Assembly: GCA_963717665.1 (NCBI GenBank)
Contig: OY970348.1
Location: 2,532,498-2,596,497 of the forward strand
Origin: an uncultured Solirubrobacteraceae bacterium
GTDB taxonomy: Bacteria > Actinomycetota > Thermoleophilia > Solirubrobacterales > Solirubrobacteraceae
Reading direction: 5' to 3'
Length of the DNA: 64,000 nucleotides
The notes below the pieces were generated by a model. That model was not told the origin of the DNA. It worked only from the letters and a program-made list of their open reading frames with translations, and made no database searches. The translations under genes were made by a program, and so were the position numbers. Of this stretch, positions 30,065 through 39,196 are shown one piece after another. Each line of letters starts with the position of its first letter. Within the stretch, counting starts at the first letter, position 1.

Positions 30065-31029
30065 TGAGCGGGCCTGCGATCGAGGTCGAGCAGCTCGTAC
30101 GTGAGTTCAAGAAGGGCCCGCGCGCGGTCGACGGCATCGACCTGGCCGTCCAGCCCGGCGAGATCTACGGCTTCCTCGGGCCCAACGGCGCGGGCAAGTC
30201 GACGACCGTGCTGATGCTGACGACGCTGCTGCCGCCGACCAGCGGATGCGCGCGCGTCGGCGGCTTCGACATCGTCAAGGACGGCGCGCACGTGCGCGCG
30301 TCGATCGGCGCCGCGTTGCAGGAGGCCGCACTCGACGCGATCCTGACCGGGCGCGAGCACCTGAAGCTGCAGGCCACGCTCCAGGGCATGCCGAAAGCCG
30401 AGCGCGAGCAGCGTGGGCAGGAGCTGCTCGAGCGCGTCGGGCTGACCGAAGCGGCCGACCGCCGCGTCGGCGGCTACTCGGGCGGGATGAAGCGCCGCCT
30501 CGACCTGGCGCTCGCGCTCGTGCACAGCCCGCGCATCCTGTTCCTCGACGAGCCCACGACCGGCCTCGACCTGCAGAGCCGCACGGCGTTGTGGGAGGAG
30601 GTCGCGCGGCTTGCGCGCGAGGAGGGGATGACCGTCTTCCTGACGACGCAGTACCTCGAGGAGGCCGACGCGCTCGCCGACCGTGTCGGGATCATCGACC
30701 ATGGGCACATCGTCGCCGAGGGCACGCCGACGCAGCTGAAGGACGAAGATCGGCAGCCCGACCGTCGAAGTCGTGCCCGCCGATGTGAGTGACGGCGACA
30801 AGTTCGCCGACGGCCGTAGCAAGCCTCGGTACGACCGCGCGGGGCGAGCGCGGCACCGTCACCGTGCAGCTGCCCGGCGGCGAGTCGCAGCTCGCCGAGA
30901 TCGTGCGCGTGCTCGACCAAGCGCGAGCTGAAGGTCGCGTCGCTGCAGTTGCACCAGCCCTCGCTCGACGACGTGTTCCTGGCCAAGACCGGGCGCAAGC
31001 TCGAGGGCTGCCGGCGAGGACGAGGATGA
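30064..31029 (+). CDS. DrrA-like ABC exporter ATP-binding protein (frameshifted near the C-terminus)
   Basis: GPNGAGKST, YSGGMKRRLDLA, FLDEPTTGLD, TTQYLEEAD. Confidence 0.9.
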
Positions 31030-31878
31030 GCAGTAGCGCCGCTGGGCAGCCCGCGTCGCCGGCGGCGGTGGCTCGCTCGCAGCGGCGCCCGCGCTGCGCT
31101 CGCCGAGCCTGGTCGAGCAGGTCGGCGCGATCGCGCGGCGCTCGGTCGTGCGCACGTTCCGCCAGCGCGCGCTGCTCGTCTTCCCGATGGTCTTCCCGCT
31201 GATCCTGTTCGCGATCAACGGCTCGGCGCTCAGCGCCGCGACGCAAGATCCCGGGCTTTCCCGACGTCAGCTACCGCGACTTCGTGCTCGCGGTGCCGTT
31301 CATCCAGGGCGCGATGTTCGTCGCCGATCAGCGCCGGCATCGATCTCGCGCGCGATATCGAGTCGGGCTTCTTCGACCGCCTCGCGCTGACGCCGCTGCG
31401 CGGCTCGGCGCTGCTTGCCGGGCAGCTCGGCGGCGCGGTCGTTGTCGCCTGCGTGCAGTCGCTCGTCTACCTGTTCGTCGGCGTCGCCACCGGCGTCGGC
31501 ATCGCGAGCGGCGTCGGCGGCGCGCTCGTGCTGCTCGCGCTGTCGATCCTGATCGCGTTCGGCTTCGCCGGGCTCGGCTCGCTGCTCGCGCTGCGCTTCG
31601 GCACCGGCGAAGCCGTGCAGGGGATCTTCCCGCTGCTGTTCGTGACGGTCTTTCTCAGCTCCTCGAGCCTGCCGCGCAACCTGATCAAGGCCGACTGGTT
31701 TCGCGAGGTCGCGACCTACAACCCGGTCTCGTATCTGATCGAGGGCATCCGCAGCCTGGTCATCACCGGCTGGGACGCGCAGGCGCTCGCGCTCGGCTTC
31801 GGCTTCGCGCTGCTGCTCAGTGCGTTGACGCTCGGCTTCGCCGGCGCGGCGATGAAGAACAGGCTGGCGCGCACATGA
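31026..31878 (+). CDS. ABC-2 type permease (frameshifted)
   Basis: Multiple TM segments; DIESGFFDRL, NPVSYLIEGIR. Confidence 0.8.
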
Positions 31879-32645
31879 GGCGCTTCGTCTACGTCGCGCG
31901 CGCCGTCGCCTGGCGCTCGATGCACAACACGCTCGTCAACCCGGCGATCCTGCTGCCGTCGCTGATCTTCCCGCTGTTCTTCCTCGTCGCCTTCGCCGGC
32001 GGTCTGTCGCGCGTCGGCGACGTGCCGAACTTCGACTACAAGCCCGGCTACACCGCCTTTCAGTTCGTGTTCGTCTTCCTGCAGTCGGCCGCCTTCGGCG
32101 GCGTCTTCACCGGCTTTGCGGTCGCGCGCGACTTCGACTCGGGCTTCGCGCGGAGGCTGCTGCTGAGGCGCCGCGGCGCAGCGGGATCATCGCCGGCTAC
32201 GCGCTCGGCGCGCTCGTGCGCTGGGCGCTGACCGCCGTCGTGGTCACGATCGCCGCGCTGATCGCCGGGATGAACGTCGCCGGCAACGGGATCGAACTGA
32301 TCGGCATCGCTCGGCCTCGGCATCGGCATGAACCTCGTCGCCGCCCTGTGGGCGTGTGGCGTCGCGATGTTCCTACGCACCGAACAGGCCGGTGCGCTGA
32401 TCCAGATGCCCGTCTTCATCGTGTTGTTCCTCGCGCCCGTCTATGTGCCGTTGAAGCTGTTGAGCGGCTGGATTCACTCCGTCGCGCGGTTCAATCCGGT
32501 GACGGCCGTGCTCGAGGCCGCGCGTGGGCTGCTTGCGGGGTCGCCTGTGAAGGTCGCGCTGGCTTTCGGGCTGCTCGCCGGCGGGGCCGCGGTGACCGCG
32601 GTGTGGGCGCGGCGGGGACTTGCTTCGGCTGAGCGCGCGGGCTGA
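31875..32645 (+). CDS. ABC-2 type permease (frameshifted)
   Basis: ARDFDSGFARRL, NPVTAVLEAAR; ATGA overlap with the previous gene. Confidence 0.8.
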
Positions 32646-32714
32646 CCGAAACAGGCTGGTCGTGCGCTCGGGTGTGGGCCGGGGCGGTCGCAGGTTCGAA
32701 TCCTGTCTCCCCGA
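32638..32714 (+). pseudogene. Degenerate tRNA-Pro (intact T-arm and 3' acceptor strand), probable att scar
   Basis: GGTCGCAGGTTCGAATCCTGTCTCCCCGA (32686-32714) matches a tRNA-Pro 3' half (G72/A73); D-loop remnant AGGCTGGT; non-canonical anticodon loop; 5' acceptor strand degraded. Confidence 0.7.
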
Positions 32715-32728
32715 TGAGCTTCAAAACT

Positions 32729-32857
32729 GGGAACAGGCGGGAACACGTGGGAAAACCCGCGAAAACGCTGAAGCTTGTGGTCGGCTGTTCTCGCGTGTTC
32801 CCGGCTGTTCCCGGCACTCGGGACCGCAAAAGGACCGCAGGAACCGCGCTGCGGTCC
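32729..32857. repeat. Inverted repeat plus short direct repeats resembling tyrosine-integrase arm sites
   Basis: 25-bp IR (32729-32753 vs 32788-32812, 22/25 match); GGACCGCA at 32821 and 32832, inverted copy TGCGGTCC at 32850. Confidence 0.6.
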
Positions 32858-32880
32858 TGCGTCCGATCAGAACCTTTGAC

Positions 32881-33396
32881 GTTGACCCGCACGCGCGTCA
32901 TACCTTCGCCTTCTCACAAAGCGCTGCAACGGTCGAAGCGCTCATCGATGCCGGCCTCGTACGAAGAACTAGAAACGCCGGACGGATTCGTTGGCGTCTC
33001 ACCGATCCCGGTGCGATGCGCGCAACACAAGCGCGTCTGTATGGTGAAGCAGCCCTGCCGGACTCGCCTCAACGCCGGGAATGGCAGCGCGGTCAGACCG
33101 AGGCCGCGGCGCAGCTTGAGAGCATCCGAGACCGAGTCGGCAGCGGGCTACAGGACGCGCTCAATTTGCTCGGGAGCGACAAGAGCGTTTCCGACGAGTG
33201 GTATGACCTCGCCGACCTGCTTGGGCGTGAGTGCCGTCGGCTCGGCGGCGCCATGTTCTGTCTGCATGGGTGGGCCGAGCTCGACGACGAGCATCCTGAC
33301 TTGGATCTCGATTCACCCGCGAACTGGGAGATCCGTCGGGGTGTGTCGAGACTGTTTGAGCTAGATCTGAAGGAGGTTGTCCGGAATGTCCGCTGA
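32881..33396 (+). CDS. Hypothetical protein, probably N-terminally truncated (wHTH-like remnant plus helical domain)
   Basis: Open frame with LIDAGLVRR...WRLTDPG, LPDSPQRREW; start uncertain. Confidence 0.45.
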   Translation, partial: VDPHARHTFAFSQSAATVEALIDAGLVRRTRNAGRIRWRLTDPGAMRATQARLYGEAALPDSPQRREWQRGQTEAAAQLESIRDRVGSGLQDALNLLGSDKSVSDEWYDLADLLGRECRRLGGAMFCLHGWAELDDEHPDLDLDSPANWEIRRGVSRLFELDLKEVVRNVR

Positions 33397-33634
33397 CGAT
33401 TCGATCGCCAAAGACGAGAGCGACACCGACAAAACGGTCCTTGAGCTTCTCCTCCACTCGCAGCAGTGGCCGTGGAGCATCGAGGAGGTTGGGCGCGAGC
33501 TTGGCGACCTGCCAGACGCAGAAGATGCACCGTCAAGGCTGAGCAGGGTAGGACTGGTCCACCACCATGACCGTTTCGTGTTTCCAAGCCGAGCGGCAAT
33601 TCGCGCCGTCGAACTGGACGTCGCGGGGAAGTAA
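33386..33634 (+). CDS. Small winged-HTH-like protein
   Basis: AGGAGG RBS; VLELLL...PWSIEEVGRELG...RLSRVGLVH. Confidence 0.6.
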   Translation: MSADDSIAKDESDTDKTVLELLLHSQQWPWSIEEVGRELGDLPDAEDAPSRLSRVGLVHHHDRFVFPSRAAIRAVELDVAGK

Positions 33635-33724
33635 CAGTGCCGAAGGCCAGATCGCGCAAGCCGGAAGTAGAGGTCCACGATCGAGGCGACCAAGCTTTGG
33701 CCCATCTGCCTGGGTGCCGATCGC

Positions 33725-34135
33725 TCAGGACCCTCGCACTGCTCGCCAGATAAGCCCTGGGTGGCGCGCCACCTTCAAGCCGACCACAAGGGCGAACCAG
33801 GTAGTAGCAAGCCAAGGACGGAGGTGCGGTCTTAGCCGCCGGATCCGCCCGTCAGGATCGAGCTCGAATACCATGGCGTCATCGATCCTGAACGGGCCCA
33901 CGCGCGCCGTGGCGATCATGAAACCTCGGTCGCCGTCGATGATCTCCTCGGTCCAGCGCAGCTCTGACAGGCTGCCGTAGACCGCCGCGAACAGCAGCCG
34001 CAGATCCCCCTTCCCGCGGATCACACCGCGCGCCAGCAGTGGCGAGACGAGCTCGGCGTTTGACGCCAATGTGTCCACGAACCTGTCGAGATCGTTGACT
34101 TCCGACGCAGCCCGGAACTCCGCGATCACGTTCAC
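33725..34135 (-). CDS. SnoaL/NTF2-like protein
   Basis: FRAASE..DLD..VDTLA..AELVSP...RG; FELDPDGRIR...LRP. Confidence 0.75.
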   Translation of the reverse strand: MNVIAEFRAASEVNDLDRFVDTLASNAELVSPLLARGVIRGKGDLRLLFAAVYGSLSELRWTEEIIDGDRGFMIATARVGPFRIDDAMVFELDPDGRIRRLRPHLRPWLATTWFALVVGLKVARHPGLIWRAVRGS

Positions 34136-34551
34136 AAGTGCCGCGGTCCGATCTCGTTGCTCAGCACACCGCCGGCGAGCAGGGCTGCCATGCAGGTGAG
34201 GGGCCTGCCCGTCATCGCTGAAGCCTGCACCGGCGGCTCGATCAGCGTGAGCGACCGTACTCGCTGCGGCGCGCGGGCGGCGGCGAGCATCGCGCCGACT
34301 CCGCCGTAGGAATGCGCCACGACGTGCGGGCGGTGTTCGATGAGCGAGACAATGCCGGCGGCGTCTTCGTCGAAGTCCGGATGGCCGCGACGCGGTGGCG
34401 GGCTCGGCGCAAATCCTCGTCGGTAGACGGTGCCGGCGTCCACCGTCCCCCGGAGCGGGTCGAGACCGCGCCATGTTGTCGGAGGACTGGCGCCACCGTG
34501 GATTAGCAGGACTTCGGGTCCGTGACCAACGCGCTCGACCCTGAGTGGCAT
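34132..34551 (-). pseudogene. Truncated alpha/beta hydrolase (N-terminal half only)
   Basis: VLLIHGG, AHSYGG nucleophile elbow and LTLIEPP, then ends at about 139 aa with no acid/His half. Confidence 0.6.
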
Positions 34552-34568
34552 ATTCCGGCCGTCCGCGC

Positions 34569-35078
34569 TCACAGTGCACTGTGGGCCGCGGCGAGCAGTA
34601 GCTCGGCCTCCTCGCGATGCCGTGTCGCGAGAACGCGTTCGGCTGCGCCCCGATGCTCGCCTCCGAAGACGATCTCGTAGATGTCTGGGAGCCGGAGGAT
34701 TCGTCCGGCTCCGCCCCACGACCCGTCTCGGACCTCGTGTGTGAAGACGGCAACCCGGCTCTCGGGATACGGCCATGCCCCGTTCTCCGCCTCGGCAACG
34801 GCCTGGGTCATTTCCAGCGTCACAGCGGCGCGGCGCTCGTCGTTGTACTGGCCCTCGGGTACGCCGCACACGAAGCGGTATCGCGGCTCGTGCGCCTGGG
34901 CACCGGCTACGAACATCTCGGCTCGATGGACGAATACCCACGCCATGGTGCGCGCCATCGCATTGGTCGGGTCTACACCCTCGTGCTCCAGCAGGAGGTC
35001 GGTGAGCCGGGCTAGCAACTTGGCCTCAGCGCTGGGGGACAGAGCGCCCTCGGGGATATATGCGTCACACATCGGCAT
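34569..35078 (-). CDS. Tautomerase-superfamily protein (Pro1)
   Basis: Starts MP; two beta-alpha-beta units; EVRDGSWGGAG. Confidence 0.8.
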   Translation of the reverse strand: MPMCDAYIPEGALSPSAEAKLLARLTDLLLEHEGVDPTNAMARTMAWVFVHRAEMFVAGAQAHEPRYRFVCGVPEGQYNDERRAAVTLEMTQAVAEAENGAWPYPESRVAVFTHEVRDGSWGGAGRILRLPDIYEIVFGGEHRGAAERVLATRHREEAELLLAAAHSAL

Positions 35079-35126
35079 AGCTTCCTAGCCTCCTTCCGGC
35101 CGCCAGCCGGATCGTGGTTCTCAGCT

Positions 35127-35837
35127 TCAAGTCTCTGATCGCGCGATTCCTCTGGCGCTGTGGATCGTCTTCTTCGCCTGAGCGAGTACCGCTTCACGCC
35201 CGAAGATGGATGCCAGGCGAGAAGCGGCCTCCGGGTCGCCGACGACGGCGAGTCTGCCGCTTGCGAGCGCCGAGGACGCGCCGGTCGTCCCCGATGCGAT
35301 CTCGGCCCACGTATCCTCGTCGGTGGTCAGGCACACTGCCGATTCGCGAGCACGACCATCGCGCAGTTCAACCTCGCCGTGATCGACGATCAGGTGGAAG
35401 GCCCAATCTCCGATGACGTACTGATACGTCTCGGTGACCCCAGCGGCCGCGTCATGGTTCGGCAGCGCTGCCATCGCTAGCGCAGCCCAATGAGGGCGGA
35501 AGCTCTCCGACGGGGACCGCGAGCCAAGACGCCTGACCCCCCACGCGACGAGCGGGAGCATTGCCTCAGCGAGATCGCGACCGCTCTCACTCAGCTCGTA
35601 TACCCGTCGTGCGGCAGGAGGCGGTAGCTCCCGCCGGTTCACGACGCCCTCTCGCTCGAGGTCGCGCAGGCGCCGCGTTAGCAAGTCGCGACTGATGCCG
35701 GGCAGCCCATCCACGAGGTCGGTAAAGCGCCGCGGTCCGAACCGGAGCTCCCGCACAATGAGCAGAACCCAGCGGTCGCCCACCACGTCAAGCGCGCGCG
35801 CCGCGCCGCAGTACTGGTCGTAGCCGTGTTCAGACAC
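35127..35837 (-). CDS. HxlR-family regulator with an SCP2 domain
   Basis: YDQYCGAARALDVVGDRWVLLIVREL, LPGIS..L..RLR.LE; C-terminal ALASGRLAVVGD. Confidence 0.9.
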   Translation of the reverse strand: MSEHGYDQYCGAARALDVVGDRWVLLIVRELRFGPRRFTDLVDGLPGISRDLLTRRLRDLEREGVVNRRELPPPAARRVYELSESGRDLAEAMLPLVAWGVRRLGSRSPSESFRPHWAALAMAALPNHDAAAGVTETYQYVIGDWAFHLIVDHGEVELRDGRARESAVCLTTDEDTWAEIASGTTGASSALASGRLAVVGDPEAASRLASIFGREAVLAQAKKTIHSARGIARSET

Positions 35838-36128
35838 GACAACTAGAAGGAAGAGTTCCGCACAAGAACTAGATGATACAGATCTTGAACTCAATGCTTA
35901 TCGAGGCTGCTCTCGCGGACGTGCCACGCCCGGCGGGTACTTCTGCTTGGCGGCCGTAGCGTTTCTTGCGAGAGCTGATCGCCCCGGGAGCGACCAGGAC
36001 TCTTCGAACCTGTAGGCACTCTCCGCCATCTTCGGACGGTTTTCCGCCGCAGGTTTGTGTATCAATCCCGCCCCCGTATGCCAAAAAGCCCTGCAAATGG
36101 GGGGTTGGTTTTTGTTTTAGCGGAGGGT

Positions 36129-36980
36129 CTATCCCCCCGCGAGCAACGCACCGATGAATTCATTGACGGCGGCTACCGCCTGTGCGCGGTTCTCGTGCTC
36201 CAGTGCCGTTGGGTCGGCACGAGACGATTCGGCTGCGTACCCCTTGGGCCCAGGGCTGGTGACCGAATAGAACCGCTCGCGCACCTCCAGGAACGTTGAG
36301 TGCAGTGCGGGCAGTCGGTCGGCCAGCTTGCCGTCGAGCAGTTGGCGTGCAGCAGCGGTGGGACCGCCAGCCCGATTGTGAATCAGCACGAACGCGAGGT
36401 CGTAGTGATCCTTGTCCTTGCCGCGGTGGCGGACGGCGACGCACTTGGTCAACAGATAACCAGCGAGGCCCGCGAACCGTACGCGCACAGTCGTCGTACC
36501 CAGGCCAGTCAGATCGGCCGTCAGCTCCCGTACCGTCCAGTCCGCCGCGACGTAGCCCGTGCCGCGAAGGTTGTTGGCACGGAGGGTCTGACAACCAGGG
36601 ATAGCGACGACGCCTTCAGGCTCGGTGTCGAGGTCACACAGGAACTCAAGCTTGACCGCAAAGCCGTCGACGATCCCACGCCACCGCCAACCGTTGTCGC
36701 CTGGCGCTGCGCGAAAGCCGGCGACTTCGAGTGCGGCCTCAATGCGTGTCAAACCTTCGGTGTGCTCTAGGTGAGCCACCAGCAGCATGTCCACATCGCT
36801 CGTGCCGAGGTGCAGTGGGCCGACCTCCCGACCCTCAGTGAGGATCTCGGGCATCAATCCGCCGAGGACGATCAAGGGGACGTCCTCGCCCCCGATGTGT
36901 GCGGCAAGCGTGCACAGCGCTCGCTCCGCACGAGTTCTCGCCGCTTGCGAGCGCTCCTCGTCGACCGTCGGGTCAGCCAT
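36129..36980 (-). CDS. AbiEii-like nucleotidyltransferase (type IV TA toxin-like)
   Basis: IVLGGL...HLGTSDVD NTase motif, KLEFL, and K.VAVRHRGKDKDHYDL (K...R..KD.YD); RBS GAGG before ATG 36980. Confidence 0.75.
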   Translation of the reverse strand: MADPTVDEERSQAARTRAERALCTLAAHIGGEDVPLIVLGGLMPEILTEGREVGPLHLGTSDVDMLLVAHLEHTEGLTRIEAALEVAGFRAAPGDNGWRWRGIVDGFAVKLEFLCDLDTEPEGVVAIPGCQTLRANNLRGTGYVAADWTVRELTADLTGLGTTTVRVRFAGLAGYLLTKCVAVRHRGKDKDHYDLAFVLIHNRAGGPTAAARQLLDGKLADRLPALHSTFLEVRERFYSVTSPGPKGYAAESSRADPTALEHENRAQAVAAVNEFIGALLAGG

Positions 36981-38796
36981 GCGTCCGCCCTCGGCTTTGC
37001 TCGAGCATGGTGGCGATCTCCGTCGCGTACAACGATCCTGGCGGGTCAAACAGCCCGAAGACCTCGAAGAGCGAAGAGACCAGCGCACGGACTACGCTCG
37101 GAAGATCGCGATCGATCTCCTCGGGACTCGTTTGCACAAAAGTCGCGATGCTGTCGTCGTGCGCGACGTGCCCGGGCGTGAAATCCCATCGGTCACTCGT
37201 CATGGCTCTCAGCTCCCGGTGCTGGAGGCCGTCCCATCGCGCGAAGAACTCGATGTCTGCGGCTTTCACGTAGCGCGCCATGCGGGCAGCGTGCAGCAAC
37301 GACTCAGCCATGCGCCACACCGGAAGTAGCGGGTCGAGCGCCGAGCCGGGAGCCCCGGTGATGCCGTCCTCCTGGTAGCCGCGGAGGAGGAACAGCTTGA
37401 GGTCGGGCTCCGCACGCCAGAAGTCAGAGTGCCCGTAGTTGCGCACCGAGTCGTCGCGGAACCAGCACTCGATCGCACCATGTCGGATCTCGGGCTGGAT
37501 GCCCTCTCGCGTTGGTACCCACCACGGGGGCCACCCGGTCTCGCGACCCTCGACTGCCACCAAGGCGTCCCGCAACTCCCCGAGCGGAAGGATGACCCCG
37601 GGGATCCAATACGAGACCGACCAAGTCCCGCTGTCATACACCGTTCCCGCATCGCCGAACTCGTCGGCGATGCGCTTCTTCAGTCGGTTGCGGCAGCCCT
37701 TGTCCCAGTTGTCAATCTCGGCAGAGGCGGTTGTTCTCTGGCTCGTCCGTAGCTTGTTGAGGATGACCTCTTCGCGCAGATGCATAGCGGCGTCCTCACC
37801 ACGTCCGCCGAGCGCGTGGAGGTCAGCGAACACGCGGGGCGCAGTCGCTAGAGGAATGCCGTTGCGCCGCGTGACGAGCTTCAGCAGATGCGGATTGGCG
37901 CTACGAAACTCGACGCGCCCGCCGGACTCCACTTCGCGAACTGGGACGTCCTGCATAACCAAGGTCAACGGTCCCCAGAAGGCGCGCTCCTCGACGTACA
38001 CCTGCAAGGCTGGGATGGTGGTCGCGAACGGCGCGAGTTGCTCGGCAGCGGCCCAGCCGGTAACCGCCCAATCGATGCCCTGCTCCTCGAGGGCCGGAGC
38101 AAGCTCGTCGACAAGGAACTGCACCGGGTCGTTGAAGATGCGCTCGGCGAAGCGAAGCTCGTGCTTGACAGTCGACACCTCCTCAGCCCACGCGTCCAGC
38201 ATCCCCGCGCCGTCGGTGATCTCGCGGCTCGCGCCAGGGCCTCGTCGCGGTCCCCACTTTGTCGTCCAGCCCTCGGCGTCGAATGCACCAAGGACCTGTG
38301 AGACCTGCGGTGTCGACCAGTCGGTAATCGTCGCCAAGTCGCCCGTCCGGACGCCATACGGCGAGTCACGGCTCAGGAGCGCCTCCGCGATCGAAATGGC
38401 GGACGGCGACCAGGAGAAGGCTCTTCGATCGTCGCCAGACTGCTGCTTGGCCTCACGCACAACCAACAGATCGCCCCCGACGATGTGTGCGTCACCGCTG
38501 CCGTCGACCCAGCTTCCGCCTATACGGTCGAGCATTTCCCGCGAGCCAGGAGAAAGGTTGCGTGCAGCCACGACAAGATCTGGAGGCCAATCACCGCCGA
38601 GATGCCGGATCGCTCGGTCGACGTCGGCTGGCCACCCCGCGCCAGCCCAGAGCGCGCGCAGGCGATATTTACGCGTTCGGCCACGGATCAGAACTGTTGC
38701 GGGGCCGTCGTCGGTCTCAACGGACTCTACGATCGCCAGACCGTCGAACGCGCGATCAAAGGCTAGCTGGATTTCGGTTTTTGTCGATCTAGGCAT
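36973..38796 (-). CDS. AbiEi-type (DUF2186-like) type IV antitoxin fused to an extra C-terminal domain of about 260 aa
   Basis: LSPGSRE.L...WVDGSG.A.I N-terminal domain, wHTH (STPQVSQVL), LDAWA, AVTGWAAA..LAP, FADL..LGGRGEDAA; then a GWPPWW...DFWRA...RGYQED domain; 8-nt overlap with the NTase gene. Confidence 0.72.
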   Translation of the reverse strand: MPRSTKTEIQLAFDRAFDGLAIVESVETDDGPATVLIRGRTRKYRLRALWAGAGWPADVDRAIRHLGGDWPPDLVVAARNLSPGSREMLDRIGGSWVDGSGDAHIVGGDLLVVREAKQQSGDDRRAFSWSPSAISIAEALLSRDSPYGVRTGDLATITDWSTPQVSQVLGAFDAEGWTTKWGPRRGPGASREITDGAGMLDAWAEEVSTVKHELRFAERIFNDPVQFLVDELAPALEEQGIDWAVTGWAAAEQLAPFATTIPALQVYVEERAFWGPLTLVMQDVPVREVESGGRVEFRSANPHLLKLVTRRNGIPLATAPRVFADLHALGGRGEDAAMHLREEVILNKLRTSQRTTASAEIDNWDKGCRNRLKKRIADEFGDAGTVYDSGTWSVSYWIPGVILPLGELRDALVAVEGRETGWPPWWVPTREGIQPEIRHGAIECWFRDDSVRNYGHSDFWRAEPDLKLFLLRGYQEDGITGAPGSALDPLLPVWRMAESLLHAARMARYVKAADIEFFARWDGLQHRELRAMTSDRWDFTPGHVAHDDSIATFVQTSPEEIDRDLPSVVRALVSSLFEVFGLFDPPGSLYATEIATMLEQSRGRTHG

Positions 38797-39196
38797 TTCG
38801 CTTGAGTAGAAAATAACGTCCATTGAGCGAATAACCTGCAAAATCACGACCACGCGTGCGATCAGCTGCGTCGGAGACCCGGTCAGCTCGACGCCGGGAC
38901 GATCGCCTCAGGCCGATCGGGCGTCCGTTGTTTTCGTTCCAAGCTCTCCCCGGTTGTCGGCGCTCGGGAGACGCTAGAGCGAGACGGGCGCCTCTCGATC
39001 ACGGTGCCCGAGACGATCGAGACGACCGCCGAGGACTTGGCGCCGGCGCTGGCGGCTGCGTAGGCCTCCGCGGTCGACACCTCGGCGCGGAAGACGCCCG
39101 ATTCTCGCGGAATGATGGCCGGAACGAGTGGGGAGAGAATAGCCCGGGAAACAAATTGGCTGTGCGGCCAAACAGCGGCGCGGCTAGGATCGAGGC

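Noticed and set aside
32729-32857. CRISPR array or IS terminal repeats
   Set aside because: There is no regular repeat-spacer period, and no cas or transposase gene anywhere in the window.
38856-39180. Short ORFs at the right edge of the island
   Set aside because: Only a fragment-like frame (…ITVPETIETTAEDLAPALAAA*) is visible, with no start or recognisable family.
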